Source of the DNA: an uncultured Mollicutes bacterium | GTDB taxonomy: Bacteria > Bacillota_I > Bacilli_A > RF39 > UBA660 | Assembly (NCBI GenBank): GCA_947652375.1 | Contig: CANTCS010000001.1 | Location: forward strand, 132,976-196,975 | DNA: 64,000 nt | Reading direction: 5' to 3' | Shown: positions 48,467 through 58,496 of the stretch, in pieces | How positions within the stretch are numbered: position 1 is the first letter of the stretch | How the letters are laid out: every line of letters begins with the position of its first letter | Notes under the pieces: model-generated | What the model saw: the letters and a program-made list of their open reading frames with translations, nothing else | What the model was told of the DNA's origin: nothing | The model's database searches: none | Translations under genes and position numbers: made by a program

Positions 48467-48542
48467 TTCTTCTTCCCCCTCGTATACGTAAATTAATACT
48501 TTACTGTTTTATCAATTAAATGTCAATATAAAAAGAAAAAAA

Positions 48543-49184
48543 TTAAATTTTCATTACTAATAGACTTCTTTTACTATCTTCTATTGGTAATAAAAATTCA
48601 TTAATTTCTATTATCTTATATTTTTTTTCTATTTTTTCTTTTACTTCTTCTGTTAATTCTTTTGATATGTCACCTTTCATCGCAATAAATAAACCATTTT
48701 TGTCTACTAAATGCATTGTATAATTAACTAATTTTTCAATATTAGCAACTGCACGTGATGTTACTAAATCAAATTTTTCGTGATAATCTTCTCCTCTTAT
48801 ATGAATTGCTTTTATATTATCTAATTTTAATTCTTTTATTATTTCGTTTAAATAATTCACTCTTTTTTGCAATGAATCAATAAGGGTTATTTTTAAATTA
48901 GGATATAATATTTTTAAAACAATTCCTGGAAAACCTGCTCCTGTTCCTACATCACATAAAGTATTTATATTATTTAAATTTACAACTTTAGTTAAAGTAA
49001 GACTGTCATAGAAGTGTTTTAGGTATACATCTTCTTTTTTAGTAATTCTTGTTAAATTAATTAAATCATTCCATTTTATAAGTAAATCATAGAATAATTC
49101 TAATTTATTCAATTGTTCTTCTGTTATTTTTATGTTTAATTTGTTTAATTCTTGTATAAATATTTCTTTATTCATCTTTTCCAT
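48543..49184 (-). CDS. rsmG: 16S rRNA m7G527 methyltransferase RsmG
   Basis: CDVGTGAGFPGIVLKI SAM motif. gidB position. Confidence 0.92.
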   Translation of the reverse strand: MEKMNKEIFIQELNKLNIKITEEQLNKLELFYDLLIKWNDLINLTRITKKEDVYLKHFYDSLTLTKVVNLNNINTLCDVGTGAGFPGIVLKILYPNLKITLIDSLQKRVNYLNEIIKELKLDNIKAIHIRGEDYHEKFDLVTSRAVANIEKLVNYTMHLVDKNGLFIAMKGDISKELTEEVKEKIEKKYKIIEINEFLLPIEDSKRSLLVMKI

Positions 49185-51039
49185 ATTCCTTTTTTAAATA
49201 AACTGATAATATTGAAATGTCTGATGGATTTACTCCACTAATTCTAATTGCTTGAGCAATTGTTTTTGGTCTTACTTCTTTTAGTTTTTGTCTTGCTTCT
49301 GATGCAATATTCTTTATTTTATCGTAATCAATATTTTCTGGAATTTGCTTCTTTTCTAATTTTAACATTTTTTCTGCTTCTTTAAATGATTTTTTAATAT
49401 AACCTTCATATTTTAGATTAATACTTACTTGTTCTTTTATTTCTTCTTTAAATGGAATTTCAATAAATTTTTCTAAAAAGCTAATCTTAATTTCAGGTCT
49501 TTTTAATAGTTGCTCTAGGCTTAATGTCGTTGTTGGTACTTCAATATTTTCTTTTTTAAAAACTTCTTCTACTTCTTTAGTTATTTTTAGTTTATTTTCT
49601 TGCATAAATACAAGTAAATCATTAATTTTTTGTTTTTTTGTATTTAGTTTATTTAGCTTTTCATCATCTATTAAGCCAACTTGATAACCATATTCTCTTA
49701 ATCTTAAATCTGCATTATCACTTCTTAATAATAGTCTAAATTCTGCACGTGATGTTAATAATCTATAAGGATCTCTAATTCCTTTTGTGATTAAATCGTC
49801 TATTAAAACTCCAATATATGCTTCATTTCTTTTTAATATTAGTGGATCTTTTTCTTCTATTTTTAAACTAGCATTAATTCCAGCTATCAAACCTTGACAT
49901 GCTGCTTCTTCATATCCACTTGTTCCATTAATTTGACCAGCTGTATATAAATTTTTAATTATTTTAGTTTCTAGACTAGCTGTTAATTGAGTTGGATAAA
50001 TTGCATCATATTCTATTGCATAACCATATTTTAAAATCTTGGCATGTTCTAAACCTGGTAAACTATGAACCATCTTTTCTTGAACTTCTTTTGGCATAGA
50101 AGTTGAAAAGCCTTGAAGATAAATATCATCATAATAACGACTTTCTGGTTCAATAAATAATTGATGTCTTTCTTTTGATGAAAATCTTACAACTTTATCT
50201 TCGATTGATGGGCAATATCTTGGACCAATTCCTTCAATATCATCTAATGCACCATACATACTTGATTTATTTAAATTATCTCTTATTATTTTATGAGTTT
50301 CTTCAGTAGTATAAGTTAAATAACATGGTTCTTGTTCATCTAATTTATAAGATGGCTCTAAATCAAAGCTAAAAGTTAGATATCTTTCTTCATCGCCTGG
50401 TTCTTTTTTTGTCTTACTGAAATCTATTGTTTTTTTATCCAGACGTTGTGGTGTTCCAGTTTTTAGACGTATTATTTTAAAACCATATTCTTTTAATTTA
50501 TCACTTAAATAATTTGATGGTTTCTCACCATGAGGTCCTTGTCTAGTTCTTGTATCTCCTACTAAAATATCGGCTTTTAGATAAGTTCCTGTTGTTAAAA
50601 TAACAATTTTTGAGAGTATTTTTTCTCCATTATCTAAGACAATTCCTTTAACTTCATTATTTTCTATTACTAAATCTTCAACCATTCCTTCTTGTATTGT
50701 TAAAAATTCTTGTTCATTTAAAGTTTTAAGCATCTCTTTCGGATAAGTTACTTTATCTCCTTGAGCACGAAGTGATTGAACAGCTGGACCTTTGGCACTA
50801 TTTAACATCTTTATTTGAAGATGAGTTTTATCGGCAATTTTTCCCATTATACCACCTAAGGCATCTATTTCTCTAACAACAATTCCTTTGGCACTTCCTC
50901 CTATATGTGGATTACATGGCATATCAGCAATATTTTTTAAATTACTGGTAATTAAAAGTGTCTTATGATGCTTTTTAGCACTTGCATAAGCAGCTTCACA
51001 TCCAGCATGACCTCCTCCAACAACAATTATTTCATACAT
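49168..51039 (-). CDS. mnmG: tRNA uridine 5-carboxymethylaminomethyl modification enzyme MnmG
   Basis: MYEIIVVGGGHAGCEAA FAD motif. Start chosen at the ATG with RBS GAAGGTGA. Confidence 0.95.
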   Translation of the reverse strand: MYEIIVVGGGHAGCEAAYASAKKHHKTLLITSNLKNIADMPCNPHIGGSAKGIVVREIDALGGIMGKIADKTHLQIKMLNSAKGPAVQSLRAQGDKVTYPKEMLKTLNEQEFLTIQEGMVEDLVIENNEVKGIVLDNGEKILSKIVILTTGTYLKADILVGDTRTRQGPHGEKPSNYLSDKLKEYGFKIIRLKTGTPQRLDKKTIDFSKTKKEPGDEERYLTFSFDLEPSYKLDEQEPCYLTYTTEETHKIIRDNLNKSSMYGALDDIEGIGPRYCPSIEDKVVRFSSKERHQLFIEPESRYYDDIYLQGFSTSMPKEVQEKMVHSLPGLEHAKILKYGYAIEYDAIYPTQLTASLETKIIKNLYTAGQINGTSGYEEAACQGLIAGINASLKIEEKDPLILKRNEAYIGVLIDDLITKGIRDPYRLLTSRAEFRLLLRSDNADLRLREYGYQVGLIDDEKLNKLNTKKQKINDLLVFMQENKLKITKEVEEVFKKENIEVPTTTLSLEQLLKRPEIKISFLEKFIEIPFKEEIKEQVSINLKYEGYIKKSFKEAEKMLKLEKKQIPENIDYDKIKNIASEARQKLKEVRPKTIAQAIRISGVNPSDISILSVYLKKEYGKDE

Positions 51040-51053
51040 TCTATCACCTTCTA

Positions 51054-52418
51054 TTATTTTCCTAAACAAAACCTTGAAAACATTTCATCTAATAATTCTT
51101 CTTCATATGATGTACCATTAATAAGTCCTAGTTCTTCCCAAATGTTTTTAATATCTAATTCAAGCATATCAATTGGTCTTTTTTCTTTTAAACCTTTTTC
51201 TACTTCTTCGATACTCTTTAAGCATCTTTTTAAAATACTTATACTTCTTGAATTACTTAAATAAGTTGGATCTTTTGTTTCTAATTCATTAATATTAAAT
51301 AATTCAATTATTTTTTCTTTTAAACTATCTATTCCTTGATGTTTTAAAACACTTAAATTTATAATTTGTTTTTCATATTTTTTTAACAAATTTTTATCTA
51401 ATTTTGTTTCTAAATCATTTTTATTAATAATTATAATATATTTTTTATTGTTTAATTTATCGAGAAGCATTTCAATATCTTTAGTTAGTTCTTCATTATT
51501 ATTTAACATAAAAAGTATTAAATCTGCCTCTTCCATTATTTTTAAACTTTTTTCTACTCCAAGAGCTTCTATTTTATCATCTGTTTCTCTAATTCCTGCT
51601 GTATCGATTATATTTAAAATTACGCCATTTATTTTTATTTGACCTTCTACTATATCTCTTGTTGTACCTGCTATATCTGTAACTATTGCTTTTTCTTCTT
51701 CTATTAAAGCATTTAATAGTGAACTTTTTCCGACATTTGGTCGACCTATGATTGAAGTTTTGATACCTTCTTTTATTATTTTTCCATTATTTGATTCTTT
51801 AATTATTTTAATTATTTGTTCTTTCAAATTTGTAATTTTTGGTATAAGAATTTCAGTCGTTAGAATATCTACATCATCATATTCAGGATAATCTATATTG
51901 ACATTTATATTTGATATTATTTGTACCATATCATCTCGTAGATCATTTATTAAATTTGATACTTTACCACTTATTTGATTAATAGCCATTTTTCTTTGAA
52001 CTTCTGTTTTTGCATCTATCATATCCATAACTGCTTCTGCTTCAAGGATATCTATTCTACCATTTAAAAAGGCTCTTTTTGTAAATTCGCCTGGTTCTGC
52101 TAGACGGCAACCATTTTCTAATAATAATTCTAAGACTTTATTAGTTGGAGCTATTCCTCCATGAGTATTTATTTCTACTATATCTTCTGTTGTAAAGGTT
52201 TTTGGAGATTTCATAATTGATACTAATACTTCATCTACTATGTTTTCTTGTTCATCTATAATATGCCCATAATTAATAGTGTGACTTGATACTTTTGTTA
52301 AATCTTTGCCTTTAAAAATTTTATTAACTATTTCAATAGATTCTTCTCCACTTATTCTAATTATAGCGATTGCTCCTATTCCACTACTTGTTGCGATTGC
52401 ACATATTGTATCATTCAT
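51054..52418 (-). CDS. mnmE: tRNA modification GTPase MnmE
   Basis: G domain GRPNVGKSSL. C-terminal CLGK. Confidence 0.95.
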   Translation of the reverse strand: MNDTICAIATSSGIGAIAIIRISGEESIEIVNKIFKGKDLTKVSSHTINYGHIIDEQENIVDEVLVSIMKSPKTFTTEDIVEINTHGGIAPTNKVLELLLENGCRLAEPGEFTKRAFLNGRIDILEAEAVMDMIDAKTEVQRKMAINQISGKVSNLINDLRDDMVQIISNINVNIDYPEYDDVDILTTEILIPKITNLKEQIIKIIKESNNGKIIKEGIKTSIIGRPNVGKSSLLNALIEEEKAIVTDIAGTTRDIVEGQIKINGVILNIIDTAGIRETDDKIEALGVEKSLKIMEEADLILFMLNNNEELTKDIEMLLDKLNNKKYIIIINKNDLETKLDKNLLKKYEKQIINLSVLKHQGIDSLKEKIIELFNINELETKDPTYLSNSRSISILKRCLKSIEEVEKGLKEKRPIDMLELDIKNIWEELGLINGTSYEEELLDEMFSRFCLGK

Positions 52419-52594
52419 AATTTACCTCCTTTTATTCATAATAAATCACTTTATTTTGCAGTTCTTATTATATAAATTTTGTATTTGTGTTAAATTAGCT
52501 TTTATTTTGTATTTTTTATTATATCAATTTTTTTAAGGTAAAAAAAGAAGTGCTCTTATCTTTTTAAAATTTTACGACAATTGATAAAAAGTAC

Positions 52595-53227
52595 TTACTT
52601 TTTTATATATTCTTTTGGATTTATATCTTTTTCTTGAGTATTAATTTTTGTATTTAAAATTTTTTTAGCAGTCTCTCCAAAAAAAGCATCTTTTTCTCTT
52701 TGACTTAATTTCTCCATATCAATTAATTCTAAATATTTAATATTTCTAGATAATACTAAAAACATAATTGGCTTACCTAGTTTATCTTTTTTATCAATTA
52801 TATAAGGTGAAACATTAAATCTTAAAAGTCTACTGTACAAATAATTTGCTTTCTTGTTGCGTAATCCTTTTATTAATTCTCTAAATTCTGCATCTTCTAG
52901 TAGTTTTATTAATGAAGGATTTTTTAAGACTTTTATATTATATGGATTATTTTCTACTAAATCATCATGGTAGCTTTTTAAATCTCTCATAACAAACTCA
53001 GCATTCTTTAAATAAAATAATAATTCTTCAACAGTTAATGATAATCCAGTATTAGGCAATTTGTCAGAATCTAAATATTTCAAAGTCAATGCACAATTAA
53101 AAAGGAAATTTAAACCATATTTTTTTTGATTAACAAAACTATTTTTAGAGAAAAAACTTCCATCTTTTCCAATTAGCAAAGAATTTACATATTCATTGTA
53201 ATTATTATCAGTTATATCTTTTTTCAT
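52595..53227 (-). CDS. Hypothetical protein inserted between jag and mnmE
   Basis: 210-aa ORF. No motif recognised. Confidence 0.35.
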   Translation of the reverse strand: MKKDITDNNYNEYVNSLLIGKDGSFFSKNSFVNQKKYGLNFLFNCALTLKYLDSDKLPNTGLSLTVEELLFYLKNAEFVMRDLKSYHDDLVENNPYNIKVLKNPSLIKLLEDAEFRELIKGLRNKKANYLYSRLLRFNVSPYIIDKKDKLGKPIMFLVLSRNIKYLELIDMEKLSQREKDAFFGETAKKILNTKINTQEKDINPKEYIKK

Positions 53228-53291
53228 AAGCTCTCCTTTTTGACGACTTATTATATCATAAATTAATTTAAAAATAAAGAAAAAAGAAGAA

Positions 53292-53906
53292 TTATTCTTC
53301 CTTTGGTTTAATAACTATATAGCGATTTGGATCTTCTCCTTCACTTTCTGTATAAACATATTTATTATTTGCTAAGGTATTATGAATAATTCTTCTTTCA
53401 TAGGAATTCATGGAATCCATTTTTACTTCTATTTTTGTTGATGTTACTTCTTTTGCTAATTTTTTTGCTAAAATTTCTAATGATTTTTCTCTTTTTTCTT
53501 TGTATTCATTAACATCTAATGTGAATTTATAATTCTGTCCTAATTCTTTATTTAAATGTTGACTTACAATTATAGATAATGCTTTTAAATTTTTTCCGTT
53601 TTTACCGATTAATAAAGCATCATTATCTGAGAATAATATATATTTTGGATTTTCTTCTTTATTTTTTATTTCAATATTTACTTTTAAACCCATCTCTTTT
53701 AATAAATTTATTAAAAATTCTTTTATATATTTAATTATTTGTCTTTTTTCAATAACTTCAATTTCTATTTTTTTACTTTTGAATAATCCACTTTTTGTTG
53801 TTTCTATTTCTTTTATTATTAAGTTTTCTTCTAACTCTTGTAGTTCTTCTTTTGCTTTTTGAATAGCTTCTTCTTTTGTTTTTCCTATATAATTATGCTT
53901 TTCCAT
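53292..53906 (-). CDS. jag: Jag/KhpB RNA-binding protein (KH + R3H)
   Basis: C-terminal R3H ...ERRIIHNTLANNKYVYTESEG. Confidence 0.88.
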   Translation of the reverse strand: MEKHNYIGKTKEEAIQKAKEELQELEENLIIKEIETTKSGLFKSKKIEIEVIEKRQIIKYIKEFLINLLKEMGLKVNIEIKNKEENPKYILFSDNDALLIGKNGKNLKALSIIVSQHLNKELGQNYKFTLDVNEYKEKREKSLEILAKKLAKEVTSTKIEVKMDSMNSYERRIIHNTLANNKYVYTESEGEDPNRYIVIKPKEE

Positions 53907-54834
53907 TTAGATCCTTACTCCTTTTAACTAAGATATTTTGAACAATTGTAAATAAATTAGATGTTACCCAATAAATACCTAAGCCTGTTGGCATAAATAT
54001 TGCTGTTATTACTATCATTACAGACATCATCATTGGCATCATTTTCATTGAAGGATCTTCCATATTACCAGTTGAATTCATTTTAAATGAGAAAAATGTT
54101 GTTATAGCAATAATAATCATTATAATCGCATATGAATAGAATGTTCCTGTTGTAATTCCTATAGCAGGTGTTGTTCCTAGTTGTAATCCTAAAAATTTAT
54201 CTTCAAATATTACAGGTGTTCTTTGAACTGCTTCAAAAAATGCTATAAAAATTGGTAATTGTATAAATGAGAATAAACAACCTGATAATGGATTAATTTT
54301 ATATTTTTGATAAACTGCCATCATTTCTTGATTTTGTTTAATCATAGATTCTTGATCTTGTTTGTTTGCATATTTTTTTTGTATTCTATTTAATTCTGGT
54401 TGAGCTTTTTTGATTAATTCAGACTGCATTGCAGTTTTTTTAGTTATGGGGAATGCTATTAATCTTATTATTAAACTTATTATAATAACTGATATTCCAT
54501 AATTACCTACAAATTTTCCTAACACTAATAAGAAAAATGCTAAGGGTTTAACAAAAAAACTTGTCCATAAACCTTCATATTTTCCTGATGTTATTTTGAA
54601 ATTGTCACATTCTGGTAACTTTTCTATTTTTACTTTGTTTTCTTTATAAAGTTTAGCTGTTTTTTCATTTGTTGGCTTACATATTATATTTTCTGTTAAA
54701 GTTTGTCCTGTTTTTTCATTTTTTATCGGTTTTTTATCACTATCAGTTAAAGTTTTTGTACAGCCTGTTGTTAAAATAAATAATGATAAAAGTATTATTA
54801 TTTTATTTGTTAATGTTTTTTTATTTCGTTTCAT
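53893..54834 (-). CDS. yidC: Membrane protein insertase YidC/SpoIIIJ (lipoprotein-type)
   Basis: Lipobox LTTGC. ...IIISLIIRLIAFPITKKTAMQSELIKKAQPELNRIQKKY. Confidence 0.9.
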   Translation of the reverse strand: MKRNKKTLTNKIIILLSLFILTTGCTKTLTDSDKKPIKNEKTGQTLTENIICKPTNEKTAKLYKENKVKIEKLPECDNFKITSGKYEGLWTSFFVKPLAFFLLVLGKFVGNYGISVIIISLIIRLIAFPITKKTAMQSELIKKAQPELNRIQKKYANKQDQESMIKQNQEMMAVYQKYKINPLSGCLFSFIQLPIFIAFFEAVQRTPVIFEDKFLGLQLGTTPAIGITTGTFYSYAIIMIIIAITTFFSFKMNSTGNMEDPSMKMMPMMMSVMIVITAIFMPTGLGIYWVTSNLFTIVQNILVKRSKDLNGKA

Positions 54835-54854
54835 TATAATTCCTTTCTATTATT

Positions 54855-55175
54855 TTAATGAATCATTAAATCATTAAAATCTTTTTCTAATTCTGCAAAG
54901 GATTTTCCTACTGCAGTCTTTCTTAATATTATAATATAATCTTCACTATTAATATAGACTTTTTTATAATTATCTACAATAACTCTTATTTTTCTTTTAT
55001 ATTTATTTCTAAAAACTGCATTACCTAATTTTTTACTAACTGATATTCCAAATCGATCAAAGAGCAAATTATTTTTTTTTAAATATATTACAAAACTTTT
55101 ATTTTTTTTACATTTTCCTGTTTTTATGATGTCTTGAAAATCTCTTGTGCTTTTAACTATAAATTTTTTTTTCAT
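54855..55175 (-). CDS. rnpA: Ribonuclease P protein component
   Basis: MKKKFIVKSTRDFQDI...FGISVSKKLGNAVFRNKYKRKIR. RBS AGGGGA. Confidence 0.9.
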   Translation of the reverse strand: MKKKFIVKSTRDFQDIIKTGKCKKNKSFVIYLKKNNLLFDRFGISVSKKLGNAVFRNKYKRKIRVIVDNYKKVYINSEDYIIILRKTAVGKSFAELEKDFNDLMIH

Positions 55176-55227
55176 AACATCCCCTATTCCTTTGTATAAG
55201 TAAAAAACCACTGTTTGGCAGCGGTAT

Positions 55228-55350
55228 TTATTTGCAAAGTCTTTTACGTCCTTTGCGACGACGACGATTTAAAATATTTGTTTTTTTACGTGCAAAAAAT
55301 CCTAATTTCTTTGATTTTTTACGATTATTTGGTTGATATGTTCTTTTCAT
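55228..55350 (-). CDS. rpmH: 50S ribosomal protein L34, apparently frameshifted
   Basis: Hand translation gives MKRTYQPNNRKKSKKLGFFARKKTNILNRRSSQRT* (stop at 55243). Removing one A near 55260/55261 restores the canonical ending ...NRRRRKGRKRLCK* at 55228. Confidence 0.6.
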   Translation of the reverse strand: MKRTYQPNNRKKSKKLGFFARKKTNILNRRRRKGRKRLCK

Positions 55351-55473
55351 TCTTCCACCTCCAGACATAAATCTACATTATTATAATAATATAATTTCTA
55401 TTTTGTCAATTAAAACTTAGTATTTCAAAAACAATTTTTAAAATTAGATTACTTGTTTAGACATTATTCGACA

Positions 55474-55615
55474 TCTTTCCACATTTCCACATAATTGTTT
55501 AAAATTTTTTTTATTATGTTAAAAGAAAAATTGTGGAAAATGTGGAAAAGTTAAATTTTTGTTTATTTTTCTATAAAATAATTGTTGAAAAAACTGTGGA
55601 ATTTTAGTGGAAAAT
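55474..55615. promoter_or_regulatory. oriC DnaA-box cluster upstream of dnaA (6 boxes of type TTTTCCACA / TGTGGAAAA)
   Basis: Boxes at about 55474..55483 and 55482..55491 (one orientation), and at 55533..55541, 55541..55549, 55595..55603, 55607..55615 (the other). Confidence 0.8.
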
Positions 55616-55698
55616 AATTTTTAAAGAAAAATTGTTTTCTTTTTCCTCAATTTAATGTAGAATAAAACATATTTATTAATCTTGTGGGGAGATGGTGT

Positions 55699-57075
55699 AT
55701 GATGAATGTTGATATTTTATGGTCTAATTTACTTAGTCAAATAAAAGAAGACCTAACTTCACTTTCATACACTACTTGGTTCTCTGACACAAAACTACAT
55801 AAATTTGATAATGGAAAAGCTTATATTATAGTTCCTATGCCTATCCATAAAAAACATTTAATTGATAATTATTCTCAATTAATCGTTGATAAATTAAAGG
55901 AATTAACTGGATCGAATTATGAAATTGTTTTACTTTTAGAAGAAGAAATTGAATCTGAGTTAAAAAACAAAGTAACTAATAGTGAAATAAGCTTAAATGT
56001 TTCAAATGATACAAATAATGTTAATTCAAATTTAAATATAAAATATTTATTTGATAATTTTATTGTTGGGAATAGTAATAAGTTTGCTCATGCTGCAGCA
56101 TTATCAGTTGCTGAAAATCCTGGAAATATGTATAATCCTTTATTTATATATGGAAATAGTGGTTTAGGAAAGACACATTTAATGCATGCAATTGGAAATT
56201 ATATTGTTGAAAACTCAAATAAAAAAGTATTATATGTAACTAGTGAACAATTTAGGCAAGATTTTGTTAAGGCTAATCGAAAAGATGACAAAGGTACTAA
56301 TTTTAATTATATAGATTTCTTTAAAAATAAGTATCGAAATATTGATGTTTTAATAATAGATGATATACAATTTTTAGGGGGAGCCAATCAATCTCAACAA
56401 GAATTTTTCCATACTTTTAATAATTTATATAATGATAGTAAACAAATTATTATATCTTCTGATAGATCTCCTGAGGATCTTAAGTTATTAGAAGATAGAC
56501 TTCGAACAAGATTTTGTTGGGGTTTAACAGTCAATATTTTTCCTCCAGAATTTTCTCTGCGAACAGAAATATTAAAGAAAAAAATTATAGCTGGTAATTT
56601 TGAACAGGATATTCCTGATGAAGTAGTGGAGTACATTGCTTCTAATATTGGACCAGATGTTAGGCAACTAGAAGGATCCGTTACTAGACTTATTGCATAT
56701 TCTGCTATAATGGGAGGAGAAACTATAAATCTTGACCTTGCTATTGAAGCTTTAAAAGACTTTATTAGTAAGGGAATAGGGGAGAAGAATGATGTTCACA
56801 GAATTCAGAAAATAGTATCAGAATACTTTCAAATTTCTGTTGAAGATATAAGGAGTAAAAAAAGAAGCTCTAATATTTCATTTCCTAGACAAATAGCAAT
56901 GTATTTATGTAGAACAATGACTAGTGAATCTTTTCCTAAAATAGGAACAGAATTTGGGGGAAAAGATCATTCTACAGTAATGCATTCTGTTGAAAAAATA
57001 GAAAATGAAATTAAAGTTAATAAAGATTTAGCTAATATAATTGAAAAATTAAAGAAAGATATTGGAATTGTGTAA
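55699..57075 (+). CDS. dnaA: Chromosomal replication initiator DnaA
   Basis: AAA+ Walker A GNSGLGKTHL. C-terminal DNA-binding domain. RBS GGGGAG 8 nt before ATG 55699 (the ORF track starts at GTG 55684). Confidence 0.95.
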   Translation: MMNVDILWSNLLSQIKEDLTSLSYTTWFSDTKLHKFDNGKAYIIVPMPIHKKHLIDNYSQLIVDKLKELTGSNYEIVLLLEEEIESELKNKVTNSEISLNVSNDTNNVNSNLNIKYLFDNFIVGNSNKFAHAAALSVAENPGNMYNPLFIYGNSGLGKTHLMHAIGNYIVENSNKKVLYVTSEQFRQDFVKANRKDDKGTNFNYIDFFKNKYRNIDVLIIDDIQFLGGANQSQQEFFHTFNNLYNDSKQIIISSDRSPEDLKLLEDRLRTRFCWGLTVNIFPPEFSLRTEILKKKIIAGNFEQDIPDEVVEYIASNIGPDVRQLEGSVTRLIAYSAIMGGETINLDLAIEALKDFISKGIGEKNDVHRIQKIVSEYFQISVEDIRSKKRSSNISFPRQIAMYLCRTMTSESFPKIGTEFGGKDHSTVMHSVEKIENEIKVNKDLANIIEKLKKDIGIV

Positions 57076-57094
57076 AATTTATAATTATCAATAT

Positions 57095-57167
57095 CTTTTC
57101 CACAATAAATTTTATAGCTAAATCTAAAAAATAATAATAAAAGAAAGAGTTTTTAACTTTTTCCACA
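57095..57167. promoter_or_regulatory. Second oriC segment between dnaA and dnaN: two DnaA boxes (CTTTTCCACA) flanking an AT-rich putative DNA-unwinding element
   Basis: Boxes at 57095..57104 and 57159..57167. AT-rich tract in between. Confidence 0.7.
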
Positions 57168-57205
57168 GTAATAATAAAAATAATATAAGAAAGAAGGAAT
57201 AATAT

Positions 57206-58333
57206 ATGAAATTTACAATAAAGAAAGAATTATTACTTGAAGCTCTTAGTAAGGTATCTAAGGCAATATCGACAAAAAATTTAATACCTGTATTAGCAGG
57301 AGTTAAATTTGAATTAAAAAAGAAAAAATTAACATTAACAGCAAGTGATAACGATATTACGATTCAAACAACTATTGATTCAACTAATGAAGAAGATTTT
57401 AAAATTGAAAATGAGGGTAGTATTATAATACAAGGAAAATATATTTTGGATATTGTTAGAAAACTTCCTGAAAAGTATATTAATATAGAAGTTATAGATG
57501 AACTTAAAATATTAATTTATACTGAGAATAGTGAATTTAATTTAAATGGTATTAGTGAAAGTGAATATCCTAATGTTGGCTTAGAAGAAAGTAAGAAAAA
57601 AATTAATATTAAAGTTGGTACTTTAAAAAATATTGTTTTTCAAACTGCTTTTGCCTCTTCTAATGAAGAAAGTAAGCCTGTATTAACTGGTATTAATTTT
57701 AATATAGTAGGGGATATATTAGAATGTAATTCTACTGACTCATATCGTTTAGCTAGAAAAATTATTAAGTTAGATAATGTTAGTGAAGAAAATTATAATA
57801 TTGTAATTCCAAGTCATAATTTACTTGAATTTACAAAAATTTTAGGAAATGATGAGGAAAATATAGAATTACATGTTTTTAATAATAAAATATTATTTAA
57901 ATCAGGTAATTTAAAATTTGAATCTAGATTGATTAATGGTACTTATCCAAATACTTCTAATTTATTACCAGATGAATCTTTATTGATTGTTAAAACAAAT
58001 TTAAATGATTTTTATAATATGATTGATAGAGTAAGTATTTTAACTAGTGATAAAGAAAAAAATATTGTTACTTTAGAAACACAAGGTAATACTTTGGTTT
58101 TAAAAAGTAGTTCTGTTGAAATTGGTAGAGTTGAAGAGAAAATGTTAATTAATAAAAATAATGAAGAAAATATTAAAATATCTTTTAGTGCAAAATATAT
58201 GATGGAGGCTTTAAAAAGTTTTTCCACAGAAAATGTGGAATTACATTTCGTTGGTGAAATAAAACCAATTTTGATAAAGTCTACTGAAGATGAGAGTTTA
58301 ACTCAATTAGTTTTACCTATTAGAACTTATTAA
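57206..58333 (+). CDS. dnaN: DNA polymerase III beta sliding clamp
   Basis: 375 aa, MKFTIKKELLLEALSKVSKAIS... three-domain clamp. Confidence 0.93.
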   Translation: MKFTIKKELLLEALSKVSKAISTKNLIPVLAGVKFELKKKKLTLTASDNDITIQTTIDSTNEEDFKIENEGSIIIQGKYILDIVRKLPEKYINIEVIDELKILIYTENSEFNLNGISESEYPNVGLEESKKKINIKVGTLKNIVFQTAFASSNEESKPVLTGINFNIVGDILECNSTDSYRLARKIIKLDNVSEENYNIVIPSHNLLEFTKILGNDEENIELHVFNNKILFKSGNLKFESRLINGTYPNTSNLLPDESLLIVKTNLNDFYNMIDRVSILTSDKEKNIVTLETQGNTLVLKSSSVEIGRVEEKMLINKNNEENIKISFSAKYMMEALKSFSTENVELHFVGEIKPILIKSTEDESLTQLVLPIRTY

Positions 58334-58496
58334 AGAGATTTTTTCTCTTTTTTTGTTTGTTAAAGAAATTTTTGTGTATTATAAATATAGAAATAATGTT
58401 TTTAACTTATTTCGACTTTATTAGTTATAATTCGATTTAGTTTTATGATATTTTAACGAAGAAGCAAAAATTTGCTTTAAATAGGGGGAAATAATT

